Below are positions 16,994-26,170 of a stretch of 64,000 nucleotides of DNA, one piece after another. A program made the translations under genes and the position numbers. Source of the DNA: Gemmatimonadaceae bacterium (GTDB lineage Bacteria > Gemmatimonadota > Gemmatimonadetes > Gemmatimonadales > Gemmatimonadaceae); the NCBI GenBank assembly GCA_040901985.1, contig JBBDYC010000006.1, forward strand, positions 29,572-93,571. The letters run 5' to 3'. Each line of letters starts with the position of its first letter. The first letter of the stretch is position 1. The notes beneath the pieces were generated by a model that worked only from the letters and a program-made list of their open reading frames with translations, had not been told where the DNA came from and did no database searches.

Positions 16994-19350
16994 GCGGCGG
17001 CATCCTCGCCCGGCCGACGGCGGCGCCCGAGAGCAAGCCCGCTCAGCGCGAGGAGCCCGAGGCCCGCCAGCCCCGCGAGCGAGGTCCGCATCCCCTTGCG
17101 GTCGGCGTGCGAGGCGAGCGAGAGCACGACTTCACGACTCCCGGCTCGCACCGGCACGGCGAGGAAGCTGCCGTTGGCGCGCGCCACCGGTGCCTCCGCG
17201 CCATCCACCGTGGCCGTCCAGTCCGGCATCCAATTCTCGCTGACCGAGAGGAATCCGTCCTGGGCCAAGCCAGCGATCGTGAGAACAAAGGTGCCGGGCG
17301 CGCGCTCCTCCACGCGGATCGTAGGCGCCGGCGTGAGCGGACCGGGAATTCGCGCCGGCGGAGTGGTATCCCCAAAGGCCGCGTCCGCCGGCACCAACAC
17401 GACTGCCTGCGGATCGAACTCGGCGGCGCCAATCACGATCCGCCGCGTCAGGTCGTCGTCGGCGATCTTGAGCGCGAGCGGGACGATTGCTGCCCACGGC
17501 GCCGGATCCGGCAGTCGCCAGACCCACGCCGGTTCCCCGAGCCAGGTTGGCACGTTTGCCGCGACGGGAATCAGGCCCGAGTTCTGCAACTCCTGCCCGG
17601 TGACGATGTACCGTACCGCGAGCAGCTCCCAGCTCCGCGGATTAGTGCGGTGCGTCCAGACGTTTTTCCCGCCGAGCAGTTCGTCGTAGTGGTGCGGCTC
17701 GTTGCCGTGGTAGCCGAAGACCGACCTTATGCGGTGTTCCATCAGGTAGTCGTCGGAGTAGACGTCGAACGGCAGCACGCGCCAGGGCTGCGTCGTGCCG
17801 GCGGCGTCAGCGAGCATCGCTTGCACTGCGCCGTCGGCGGCGAAGACCTCGGCGCCGCGCTCGTCAATCACGATGAAGCGCCGGCCCTGCAGTCCGAGAT
17901 CGAGCAGGAGCATCGCCGCCGCCGCGGCCCAGATCCACCGCGGTGCGCGGAGCGCCGCAACGGCCACGACAATCACGGTTGCGGCGCCGAGCAGGAGGCC
18001 GATGCGCGCACCGGCGATCGCGGCAAAGGCGGCGTCCTGCCGCTGGAAGACCGCGAGCGACGGGATGAGGCTCCCGCTCATCAACAGGAAAAACAGCGCG
18101 CCGACGCCGACGGTCGCGCCGACGCGCAACGCCCACGTCCGCCGCTGCTCGGCGCTCATCGCCTCAAGACGCGCCACCCCGAACGCGGCGAGCACGGCGA
18201 CGCACATCGACACGTGCCCCCACATCATGGATGGCGCGCGCGTCTTCGAGACCCCGGGGAAGAAGTTGTACGGAATCCGGTAAAACGGCGTCTGGCCACC
18301 GAGCACCCAGAGCACGCCGAAGAGCACCGCGCCGACCCAGAACCAGACAATCCTGCGATCGGGCCCCTTCTGGGTGTAGAGAATGCCGGTCAGCGCGAGG
18401 ACGGCGGTAAGGAGGCCGAGGTGGTCCGAGTGGAGCTTGAACGCGTTAGTGCCCCAGTACGTGCCGAGCCAACCATTGAAGCCGCCCCAAAGCGTGCCGA
18501 CGAGCTCGAGCGCCGGCATCGCCCAACTCGTGCCATAAGCCCAACCGGTGGACGAGGACCCCGCCGCGCTGCGCGGACTGAACGGCAGGTATTCGACGAA
18601 CGGCATCAACTGCGCGGCGGCCAGCATCAGGCCGAAGATGCTCGCGAGCGTCATCCCGCCGATCATCGTCAGGCGCGCCCGGGTGGATGCCATCTCCGTG
18701 AAGAGACACAGCACGACGAACGCGCCCATCAACAGCGACGCATAGTACGTCATCTGGAAGTGCGGGGAGAGCAGCATCAGGCCGATCAGCGCGCCCCAGC
18801 CGGCGAAGTACGCCGGCCGCAGCGTGCGAGCCGCCAGGAGGATTGCCGTCATCGCCCACGGCAGCATCCCGAGGACGTAGATCTTCCCGTCGTGCCCTGG
18901 ATAGAAGAGACTGATGAACGGTCCACCGATGCCGTACGCGGTGGCGCCGACGATTGCCGCCGTCCAGCTCAGCCGGTTCTGGCGCAGGAAGACGAGGAGT
19001 CCGATCGCGCCGAGCCAGAGGTGCAGCACCATCCCGAGCCCAATGCCGAGCGCCGGCGGGAAGATCGCGCGCAGGGCCACCGAGACCGGATACACCTGGT
19101 CGCCGTGCATCGCGCCGAGGAACGGCATCCCGCCGAAGATGTAGGAGTTCCACCGCGGCACCTCGCCCCACTGCCGAATCATCTCGGCGGCGAAGTGGCG
19201 CGTGACGTAGCCGTCCTTGCCGTCGCTCATCGGATTGACGATCACGCCGCCGCTCCAGAGCGGGGCGAAGAGGATCGCGACGAGGACCGTCCAGACGACG
19301 GCGAAGAGGAACGCCGGATGGGTGAGCCAGCGGCGGAGCGTTGCCTTCAT
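16990..19350 (-). CDS. YfhO-family polytopic membrane protein (putative GT-C glycosyltransferase)
   Basis: PRWNSYIFGGMPF, many TM helices, RAPS, and a C-terminal VSENWMPDWTATVDG...RANG segment plus a final TM helix. Confidence 0.8.
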   Translation of the reverse strand: MKATLRRWLTHPAFLFAVVWTVLVAILFAPLWSGGVIVNPMSDGKDGYVTRHFAAEMIRQWGEVPRWNSYIFGGMPFLGAMHGDQVYPVSVALRAIFPPALGIGLGMVLHLWLGAIGLLVFLRQNRLSWTAAIVGATAYGIGGPFISLFYPGHDGKIYVLGMLPWAMTAILLAARTLRPAYFAGWGALIGLMLLSPHFQMTYYASLLMGAFVVLCLFTEMASTRARLTMIGGMTLASIFGLMLAAAQLMPFVEYLPFSPRSAAGSSSTGWAYGTSWAMPALELVGTLWGGFNGWLGTYWGTNAFKLHSDHLGLLTAVLALTGILYTQKGPDRRIVWFWVGAVLFGVLWVLGGQTPFYRIPYNFFPGVSKTRAPSMMWGHVSMCVAVLAAFGVARLEAMSAEQRRTWALRVGATVGVGALFFLLMSGSLIPSLAVFQRQDAAFAAIAGARIGLLLGAATVIVVAVAALRAPRWIWAAAAAMLLLDLGLQGRRFIVIDERGAEVFAADGAVQAMLADAAGTTQPWRVLPFDVYSDDYLMEHRIRSVFGYHGNEPHHYDELLGGKNVWTHRTNPRSWELLAVRYIVTGQELQNSGLIPVAANVPTWLGEPAWVWRLPDPAPWAAIVPLALKIADDDLTRRIVIGAAEFDPQAVVLVPADAAFGDTTPPARIPGPLTPAPTIRVEERAPGTFVLTIAGLAQDGFLSVSENWMPDWTATVDGAEAPVARANGSFLAVPVRAGSREVVLSLASHADRKGMRTSLAGLAGLGLLALSGLALGRRRRPGEDAAA

Positions 19351-19393
19351 AATCAGCAAGGTAATCCCTCGGGCGACGAGAGGCCTCTGGCCA

Positions 19394-20554
19394 TCACTGC
19401 GCTACCGACCGATACAACTCCCGATACCTCGCCCCGACGGTGCTGGGCGCGAACCGATCGAGCATCGTCGCACGGGCGCTCGTGCCGTACGACTCCACGC
19501 GCTCGGGATGGTCGGCGAGGTCGCGCATCGCATCGGCAATCGCCCGCGTGTCGCCAGGCGAGACCAGCACACCGCCCCGCTCAGGGTGAACGACGTCGAG
19601 CAGGCCGCCGGAGCGGTAGGCGATGACCGGGGTGCGACAGAGCTGCGACTCGACGGCGACGAGGCCGAGTCCCTCCTGCCGCGACGGAACGACGGTGGCC
19701 TGCGCGCGGCGGTAGAGCGCCGGAAGCGCGCTACGGTCCACCGCGCCGTGCCACTGCACGCGACCCGCGATGCCAAGGCGCTCCGCCTTGGCACGCAGCT
19801 TCGGCCCGTCGTCCCCCGTCCCCACGACGTCGAGTGAGATGGTGGCCGGCGTCCAAGCAAGCGCCTCCAGCAGCGCGTGGATTCCCTTCTGCTCGTTGAG
19901 GCGCCCGACGAACAGAAACCGTCCAGGAATGCGAGAGACTGTCTGGGCGGTGAAGAGCGCGGTGTCAGCCGGCATCGGGGCGACGCGGATCTGCAGTTCC
20001 GGCGCCATCGCGCGCGCCTCGCCGGCGAGCCAGCTTGAGACCGCCGTGATCGCCGCCGATCGCGCCATCACCCGCCGGAAAAGCGGATGGACAAGCTTCA
20101 CCTTCCGCGCCAACCGGACGTCGGAGCCGTGCATCGTCGTCACAAGGGGCACGTCGTCGGATCCGGCGAGCGCAATCAGCCCGCCCGGAAACCACCAATG
20201 CGCGTGGACGATGTCGGGCGAAAAACTCTCGACCTCGCGGTGCACGGCGAGACTGCCCGCAGCGAGGAGGCCCGCCAGCGCGCCCTTCCCGCGCAGGGTG
20301 CCGAGCACCTGCTCGGCCATCGTGCCGGTGTAGGCGAGCGACTCCATCCCGCGCGGCGCGTACCGGAACCGTCGGATCGCGATCCCATCAATCGCGTCGT
20401 CGGCCTTGAGGTCGGGACCGGACGGCACCAGTACGCGGACCTCGCACCCGCCGGCCCGCAGCGCGGTGGCAAGGCGGTGAAGGAACGACCCCGCGGCGTC
20501 GGTCGCGTGGCGCGGGTAGGCGTGGGTGACGAACAGGATGCGCAACGCGCTCAC
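19394..20554 (-). CDS. glycosyltransferase family 4 (GT-B)
   Basis: RILFVTHAYP, VHAHWWFPGG, LFVGRLNEQKG and EGLGLVAVES; GTG start overlaps the upstream stop. Confidence 0.9.
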   Translation of the reverse strand: MSALRILFVTHAYPRHATDAAGSFLHRLATALRAGGCEVRVLVPSGPDLKADDAIDGIAIRRFRYAPRGMESLAYTGTMAEQVLGTLRGKGALAGLLAAGSLAVHREVESFSPDIVHAHWWFPGGLIALAGSDDVPLVTTMHGSDVRLARKVKLVHPLFRRVMARSAAITAVSSWLAGEARAMAPELQIRVAPMPADTALFTAQTVSRIPGRFLFVGRLNEQKGIHALLEALAWTPATISLDVVGTGDDGPKLRAKAERLGIAGRVQWHGAVDRSALPALYRRAQATVVPSRQEGLGLVAVESQLCRTPVIAYRSGGLLDVVHPERGGVLVSPGDTRAIADAMRDLADHPERVESYGTSARATMLDRFAPSTVGARYRELYRSVAQ

Positions 20555-21528
20555 CGCCCCCCGCGCAGGCGGTCCCGTTCGGCTTCGTCCAACAGCCGGC
20601 GCAACTCGCGCTGCTCGGCGCGCGTGACCGCCACCTGCTCGCCGAGCAATCCGGTGGCGAAGAACACCGAGCCGAGGATCAGGCACGTCTCGATGATCGT
20701 CCAGACCGACCGCAGGCCGACGCCGGTGGTCAGGAGCACGCCGAGCGCGACGAGTCCCGAGAGGACGCCGAGGGCGAAGAGCCCTGCCCCGAGCATCCCG
20801 AAGGCGAGGAGGGGCTTCTGCCCGAAGCGCAGTTCGAACCACACTGCGAGCATGTCGAGCACACCGATCGGGATGCGACCGAGCCCGAATTTCGACTGGC
20901 CGGCGAGGCGCGGGTAGAGCGGCACCGGGATCTCGGTGACCGTGTACCCGCGGGCGTGGGCGAGGACGATCATATACCGGTGCCAGTCCGGCCGTACCGG
21001 CTGCTCGGCCATCACCTCGCGCCGATACGCCTTCACGTTGTTGAGGTCGCGCACCGGCACGCGAAACAGCGTGCGCGAGAGCCGATTGTAGATCCGCGAG
21101 ACGAACGCCTTGTCGTACTGCCCCTGCTTGTACCCGGTCACCATATCGGACTCGCCGGCGAGGATGGGCTGGACGAGGCGGGGGATGTCCTCCGGCTTGA
21201 ACTGGAGGTCGGCCGGATAGAAGACGAGGATGTCGCTGCGCGCGGCGTAGTATCCGCTGCGAAGCGCCTCGGCGATGCCGCGCTGGCCACGGTGACGCAC
21301 CGTACGCAGCCAGGGGTACCGCTCGCCGAGCGACGCAAGGATCGCCGGGGTCGTGTCGCGCGAGCCGTCGTCCACGACGATGACCTCGTAGGGGACGGTG
21401 GCGGCGCGCACGACGGCATCGCACTGGGCGAGGAACTCGGGGAGGTTCTCGGCCTCGTCCATCGCAGGGACGAGGACCGAGACCTGGGGCCGCGCGGCGG
21501 CGGGTACGACGGTCGGCAGCGTGGTCAT
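20551..21528 (-). CDS. GT2 polyprenyl-phosphate glycosyltransferase (ArnC/GtrB-like)
   Basis: VSVLVPAMDE, VDDGSRD, WHRYM, GQSKFG and two C-terminal TM helices. Confidence 0.85.
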   Translation of the reverse strand: MTTLPTVVPAAARPQVSVLVPAMDEAENLPEFLAQCDAVVRAATVPYEVIVVDDGSRDTTPAILASLGERYPWLRTVRHRGQRGIAEALRSGYYAARSDILVFYPADLQFKPEDIPRLVQPILAGESDMVTGYKQGQYDKAFVSRIYNRLSRTLFRVPVRDLNNVKAYRREVMAEQPVRPDWHRYMIVLAHARGYTVTEIPVPLYPRLAGQSKFGLGRIPIGVLDMLAVWFELRFGQKPLLAFGMLGAGLFALGVLSGLVALGVLLTTGVGLRSVWTIIETCLILGSVFFATGLLGEQVAVTRAEQRELRRLLDEAERDRLRGGR

Positions 21529-21535
21529 AGGGCGG

Positions 21536-23023
21536 TCAGAGGCGTTTGCGCATCCGCGCGGGGAGGATGCCCAGCTGGTCACGATACTTCGCCACCGTCC
21601 GCCGCGCGATGTTGACGCCGTCGCGGGCGAGGATCTCGACGAGCGCCTGGTCGGTGAGCGGGTCGCGCGGGTTCTCGTCCGCGACGAGCTTCTCGAGCGT
21701 GGCGCGGATCCCGCGCGCCGACACATCCTCCCCCTCGGTGCTCTTGAGGCCGCTCGAGAAGAAGAACTTGAGCGGCAGCACGCCGCGCGGGGTCTGGGCG
21801 AACTTTTCGTTGGTGACGCGCGAGACCGTGGACTCGTGCATCCCGATCGCCTCGGCCACCTCGCGCAGGGTGAGGGGCTTGAGACCCTGGACGCCCTTCT
21901 CGAAGAAGTCGCGCTGCCGGTCCACGATGAAGTGCATCACCTTGAGCATCGTCTGGCGCCGCTGCTCGATGGCCTGGACGAGCCACTGGGCGGCGCTCAG
22001 GCGGCTCGTGATGAACTCCTTGTGCTCGGCGGTGAAGCGCTTCTTGTCGCGGGCGATCTCCTGGTACGACTTGCTGAGCTTGAGGCGCGGAAGGTTCGCG
22101 TCGTTGATGAAGACGAGGTACTCGCCGTCAATCTTCTCGACGATCAGGTCGGGGATGACGTAGTTGTCGCCTCCCTCGTTGAAGGCGCGCCCGGGCTTCG
22201 GATTGAGCTTGGCGATCTCGTCGGCGGCGGCCTGGACGGCGGCGGGACTCACGCCGAGCTTGCGGGCGATTTCGTTCCAGCGGTGCGCGACGAGGTCGGG
22301 AAAGTGCTCGCGGACCAGTTGCTCCGACAGGGTGCCGGGAAGCCCGGCGTCCTTCAGCTGGAGCGTCAGGCACTCCTGGAGTGTCCGTGCCGCCACGCCC
22401 GGCGGGTCGAGGGACTGCATCACGTCGAGCATCCGGAGCGCGTCGGTCATCCCGAAGAGCGGCACCTCGCGCTCCTCGTCGGCCGCCTCGGCGGCCTGCT
22501 GGATGACCTCGTTGATCCCCTGCAGGATCTCCTCCAGTGACGCCGAGAGATAGGCGTCCTCGTTCAGGTTGCCGATGAACTCCTCCGCCAGCAGCTCGTC
22601 GCGCTCGCTGAGGTCAAGGAGGCGGATCTGGTCGCGCAGGTGGTCGTCGAGCCCGCGGGCGGCGACGGTGACCCGCTCGTACGGCTCGCGGGTGTCCTGC
22701 TGCTCCCGCATCCCGCCGACGTCCAGGCCGTTGAGGAGGAGGTCCTCCCATTGCGACTCGTCGTTGCCCTCCGGCGCGTCGGGCGTGTCGCCCGCCTCGG
22801 CCTCCAGCTCGACGCCCGCCTCGTCCGCCGTCTCGTCGCCGGTCTCGGGATCGTCCTCGTCCTCCTCGATCAGCTCGAGGAAGGGATTGACGAGGAGCTC
22901 CTGCTTCAGGTGCTGCTGGAGATCGAGCAACGGCATATACAGCATGTCCATCGCCTGGTAGAGGCGCGGGTTGACCTTGAGCTCCTGGCCAAGGCGGACG
23001 GATTGCTGCATCCCGGCCTTCAC
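21536..23023 (-). CDS. rpoN: RNA polymerase sigma-54 factor
   Basis: RpoN box ARRTVAKYR and MHESTVSRVT. Confidence 0.97.
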   Translation of the reverse strand: MKAGMQQSVRLGQELKVNPRLYQAMDMLYMPLLDLQQHLKQELLVNPFLELIEEDEDDPETGDETADEAGVELEAEAGDTPDAPEGNDESQWEDLLLNGLDVGGMREQQDTREPYERVTVAARGLDDHLRDQIRLLDLSERDELLAEEFIGNLNEDAYLSASLEEILQGINEVIQQAAEAADEEREVPLFGMTDALRMLDVMQSLDPPGVAARTLQECLTLQLKDAGLPGTLSEQLVREHFPDLVAHRWNEIARKLGVSPAAVQAAADEIAKLNPKPGRAFNEGGDNYVIPDLIVEKIDGEYLVFINDANLPRLKLSKSYQEIARDKKRFTAEHKEFITSRLSAAQWLVQAIEQRRQTMLKVMHFIVDRQRDFFEKGVQGLKPLTLREVAEAIGMHESTVSRVTNEKFAQTPRGVLPLKFFFSSGLKSTEGEDVSARGIRATLEKLVADENPRDPLTDQALVEILARDGVNIARRTVAKYRDQLGILPARMRKRL

Positions 23024-24228
23024 GGGTGCTCGCTGGCAAAGCGCGCCCGCAGGCGCGCGGTGAGCGTTGGCCCGAAGTACATCGTCGAGACGGTGTCGTC
23101 GAAGATCAGGTCACGCACGGGGCCGGAGACCTTCACCTGGCCCTCGAACATGATGTAGGCGCGGTCCACGATGTCGAGCGTCTGCTCCACGTTGTGGTCG
23201 GAGATCAGGACGCCGATGTTGCGGTCCTTGAGCGAGGCGACGATCTGCTGGATGTCGTGGACGGCGATCGGATCCACGCCGGCGAACGGCTCGTCGAGCA
23301 TCATGAACCGTGGCTGCGTGACGAGGGCGCGGGTGATCTCGAGCCGGCGCCGCTCGCCGCCGGACAGCGAGAACGCCTTGTTGGCGCGCAGGTGCTTGAT
23401 GCTCAGCTCGTCGAGCAGCCGCTCGAGGCGCTCCGACCGCTCGGCGCGGCTGAGGGGGAGCGTTTCGAGGATCGCGAGGATGTTCTCCTCGACCGTGAGC
23501 TTCCGGAAGATCGAGGGTTCCTGCGAGAGGTAGCCGATGCCGCGGCGCGCGCGCTGGAACATCGGCGTCCGCGTGATGTCGTCGCCGTCGAGCGTAATGC
23601 GGCCGGCCGCCGGCGGGATCAGGCCGGCAATCATATAGAAGGTGGTCGTCTTCCCCGCCCCGTTCGGGCCGAGCAGCCCGACGATCTCGCCCTGGTGCAG
23701 TTCGAGCTGCACGTCCTTGACGACATCGCGCTTCTTGTAGGTCTTGACGAGCCCCTCGGCCCCGAGGACGCTCCGGCCCGCCACCGCCGTGCCGACACTG
23801 GGGCGCCGTGCCGTCACCTGGTGCTCGCCGGTGGCGCGAAGGGCCGTACGCAACGCCTCCGCGTCGGCGAGCTGTGCCTCGCGGATTGCGCCGCTCAAGC
23901 GCAGCGGCGACTCCGGACGGAGCGGCGGCGTGAAGGCGGCAATGGCCCCGTTCGCCGCCAGGCGCGGCAGGACGTTCCGCTCGAGGTGCTCGCGGACCTC
24001 GTCCACGCTCAGCCGCTCGGCTTCGCCCTGCGAGTCGCGCCCCTCAGCCCGCAGGGTCTCGATGTGGTCCGTGCGGTAGGCGAGGACCACGTCGCTGAAT
24101 GGCGCGTTACCATCGGCATCGGCGCAGTGGCCGATGGCGAGGAGGCAGAGTGCGGCCGAGCGGTCGCCGGCAGTGCCCCGGAGGACCTCCGCCACCAACG
24201 CCTCGCCCTGGCCGTTGTTCCCGGTCAC
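23020..24228 (-). CDS. lptB: LPS export ABC ATPase LptB with an ~150 aa N-terminal extension
   Basis: GPNGAGKTTTFYMI, YLSQEPSIFRKL, LSGGERRRLEI and DEPFAGVDP; lies between an lptA-like gene and rpoN. Confidence 0.92.
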   Translation of the reverse strand: MTGNNGQGEALVAEVLRGTAGDRSAALCLLAIGHCADADGNAPFSDVVLAYRTDHIETLRAEGRDSQGEAERLSVDEVREHLERNVLPRLAANGAIAAFTPPLRPESPLRLSGAIREAQLADAEALRTALRATGEHQVTARRPSVGTAVAGRSVLGAEGLVKTYKKRDVVKDVQLELHQGEIVGLLGPNGAGKTTTFYMIAGLIPPAAGRITLDGDDITRTPMFQRARRGIGYLSQEPSIFRKLTVEENILAILETLPLSRAERSERLERLLDELSIKHLRANKAFSLSGGERRRLEITRALVTQPRFMMLDEPFAGVDPIAVHDIQQIVASLKDRNIGVLISDHNVEQTLDIVDRAYIMFEGQVKVSGPVRDLIFDDTVSTMYFGPTLTARLRARFASEHP

Positions 24229-25619
24229 GGGCGTCTCCCCGGCGGCGGGGTGCGGACGGCAGAGGTGTCCACCACGGCCTGCTCGAGGTAGAGCCCCGAC
24301 GCGCGCTCGCTCACCGTGACCGTGGACATCTCGCCGTCGGTGAAGCGCACGGTGATCAACCGGCCGCGATTGTAACTGAGATTGGGCGTGCCGCGCGCGA
24401 CGCCGGCGACCGGCAGCTGATAAAACGCGCGCGCGCTTCCGCTGGCAATCACCTCGCGCATCGCCGTGCGCTCGTCCGTGGAGACGCTGTCAATGCGCGT
24501 CTCGAATCGGGCGGTGATCGTGTCGCCGGCAATCCAGTCGCGCTCGCCGGTGATCACCCGCGCGGTATCCACCCGCGACCAGGCGCGGGCGACGCCGAGC
24601 GCACGGACCTCGTCGAGTCGCTGGCCGGGCATCAGGATGTCCATCGAGTCCGCTTCAATCTGTTGCTGCGGCGCGTCGGCGCGGGCGCGGCCGCCCCAGA
24701 CAAAGACGCGCGCGATCTGCTGCTCGGCCAACCGCAGGTCAATGGTGTCGCCGGTGAGGGTAAGCGAGTCACTCGTGGCCTTCGCCTCCCCGGAGGAGAG
24801 GACGCGCTCCAGTTGGCGCTCCTCCGACCAGATGTCAATGACCGTGCCGTCGAGGGTGAACGGGCGCTCGCCCTTGCCGACGATGCGCGGTTCCCGCATC
24901 AGCCGCGCAAACTCGATGCCGTTGTCCATCATCGCCGAGTCGCCGGTGGCACGCATATCCACGCGCTCCATCACGACATTCCCGGAGGCCCAGATGAGGG
25001 AGTCGTTTTCCGAGACCACGCGATTGGCGGTGAGGTCCACCGAATCGGCCTCGGCGGCGCCGGCCGAGTCGGGGCGCGCGATGCCGGCGTCGGTCGGACT
25101 CATCCGGACGAACGGGCGCCCGACGGCAATCCAGCGCGGCGCGACGCGGATTCCCGGCGCGGCACGAAAATACTCGAACTGCGGACCGGAGAAGCGTGCG
25201 CCCGAGGACGTGGTGCCCCGCACGTTGCCGTCGGCGACGAGCCGTTCTTGATTCGTGTAGTAGAACATCCGGTCCGACGTCATCGCCATCCGCGGCTCGG
25301 TGTATCGGACGTTGTGGTAGAGGATCAGGAGCCCCTGTTCGGTGAAGTGCTCGGCGCTGTCGGCGAGGAGCCGGTTGCCCTGCCCGGCGCAGGTCGCGTC
25401 CACGCCACCGCCGACATAGGTATTGCGGCCGCCGGTGCCGGTGGTGACGGCACGGATGCGCGTCGTGTCGGTGCCCCGTGCGACGCCGGTGATGACCACC
25501 TCGCAGGGCTGGTCGGCGCGCGCGGCGGGCGGCGCCGCCTGCGCCGCCTGCGCGGCCAGCACGCCGGCAGCGCCGGCCAGCAAGGCCGCGGCCCGTCCGA
25601 CCGTCTGGAATCCGGTCAT
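24225..25619 (-). CDS. OstA/LptA-like periplasmic beta-jellyroll protein (464 aa)
   Basis: Signal peptide, repeated ADS/GDT-type beta-strand units (A.GNV); located between lptC and lptB. Confidence 0.7.
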   Translation of the reverse strand: MTGFQTVGRAAALLAGAAGVLAAQAAQAAPPAARADQPCEVVITGVARGTDTTRIRAVTTGTGGRNTYVGGGVDATCAGQGNRLLADSAEHFTEQGLLILYHNVRYTEPRMAMTSDRMFYYTNQERLVADGNVRGTTSSGARFSGPQFEYFRAAPGIRVAPRWIAVGRPFVRMSPTDAGIARPDSAGAAEADSVDLTANRVVSENDSLIWASGNVVMERVDMRATGDSAMMDNGIEFARLMREPRIVGKGERPFTLDGTVIDIWSEERQLERVLSSGEAKATSDSLTLTGDTIDLRLAEQQIARVFVWGGRARADAPQQQIEADSMDILMPGQRLDEVRALGVARAWSRVDTARVITGERDWIAGDTITARFETRIDSVSTDERTAMREVIASGSARAFYQLPVAGVARGTPNLSYNRGRLITVRFTDGEMSTVTVSERASGLYLEQAVVDTSAVRTPPPGRRP

Positions 25620-26170
25620 CGCGGCGAGAGGTTGATTGTGCCGCCGCGGCCTTGGTCGAGCCGCAACACAGTGATCACGTCGAGGTTGGGGTCGGCGCGG
25701 AAGCCCACGCCGCGCATCGCCTTGCCGTCCGGCTCGGTCATCACGAAGCTCGAGTCCGACATCACCTGATTCTGCCGCGAGTCGAAGCGCACCATCGGCG
25801 ACTTGAGGACGCGGCCGTCCACCGACGTAATGATCACGTTTCCCCACGCCTCGAGGTTGCCGGTGCGCGTGTCGTAGTTGGCGCGCTGGGCGACCATCGT
25901 GGCGTCCTTGGAGCCGACGGCATTGAAGAAGTCGCCGTGGACGACGCGCATCGCGATGCGCGTGCTCTGCTCGAGGAACAGCGTCGTGTCGGCAAAGATC
26001 TCCGCGCGCAGGAGCCCGCCGTCGGTCACCAGCGTGCGCGACCCAAAGGCGACCTGGTCGGCCGAGTCAAGGATGGACGCCCCGCCCGCCGCCGTACCGG
26101 GCGAGGTGTCGAGGTCGGAACAGGCGGCGCCGGCCCAGAGCAGGAGGACCCAGAGGAAGCGGGCGCGCAT
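25616..26170 (-). CDS. lptC: LPS export protein LptC
   Basis: NLEAWGNVIITS, SDSSFV and GVGFRADPNL; context kdsD-lptC-lptA-lptB. Confidence 0.8.
   Translation of the reverse strand: MRARFLWVLLLWAGAACSDLDTSPGTAAGGASILDSADQVAFGSRTLVTDGGLLRAEIFADTTLFLEQSTRIAMRVVHGDFFNAVGSKDATMVAQRANYDTRTGNLEAWGNVIITSVDGRVLKSPMVRFDSRQNQVMSDSSFVMTEPDGKAMRGVGFRADPNLDVITVLRLDQGRGGTINLSPR

Noticed and set aside
17545..17562. TGGCAC...TTGC resembling a sigma-54 promoter
   Set aside because: The -24/-12 spacing is wrong, and it lies inside a CDS on the antisense strand
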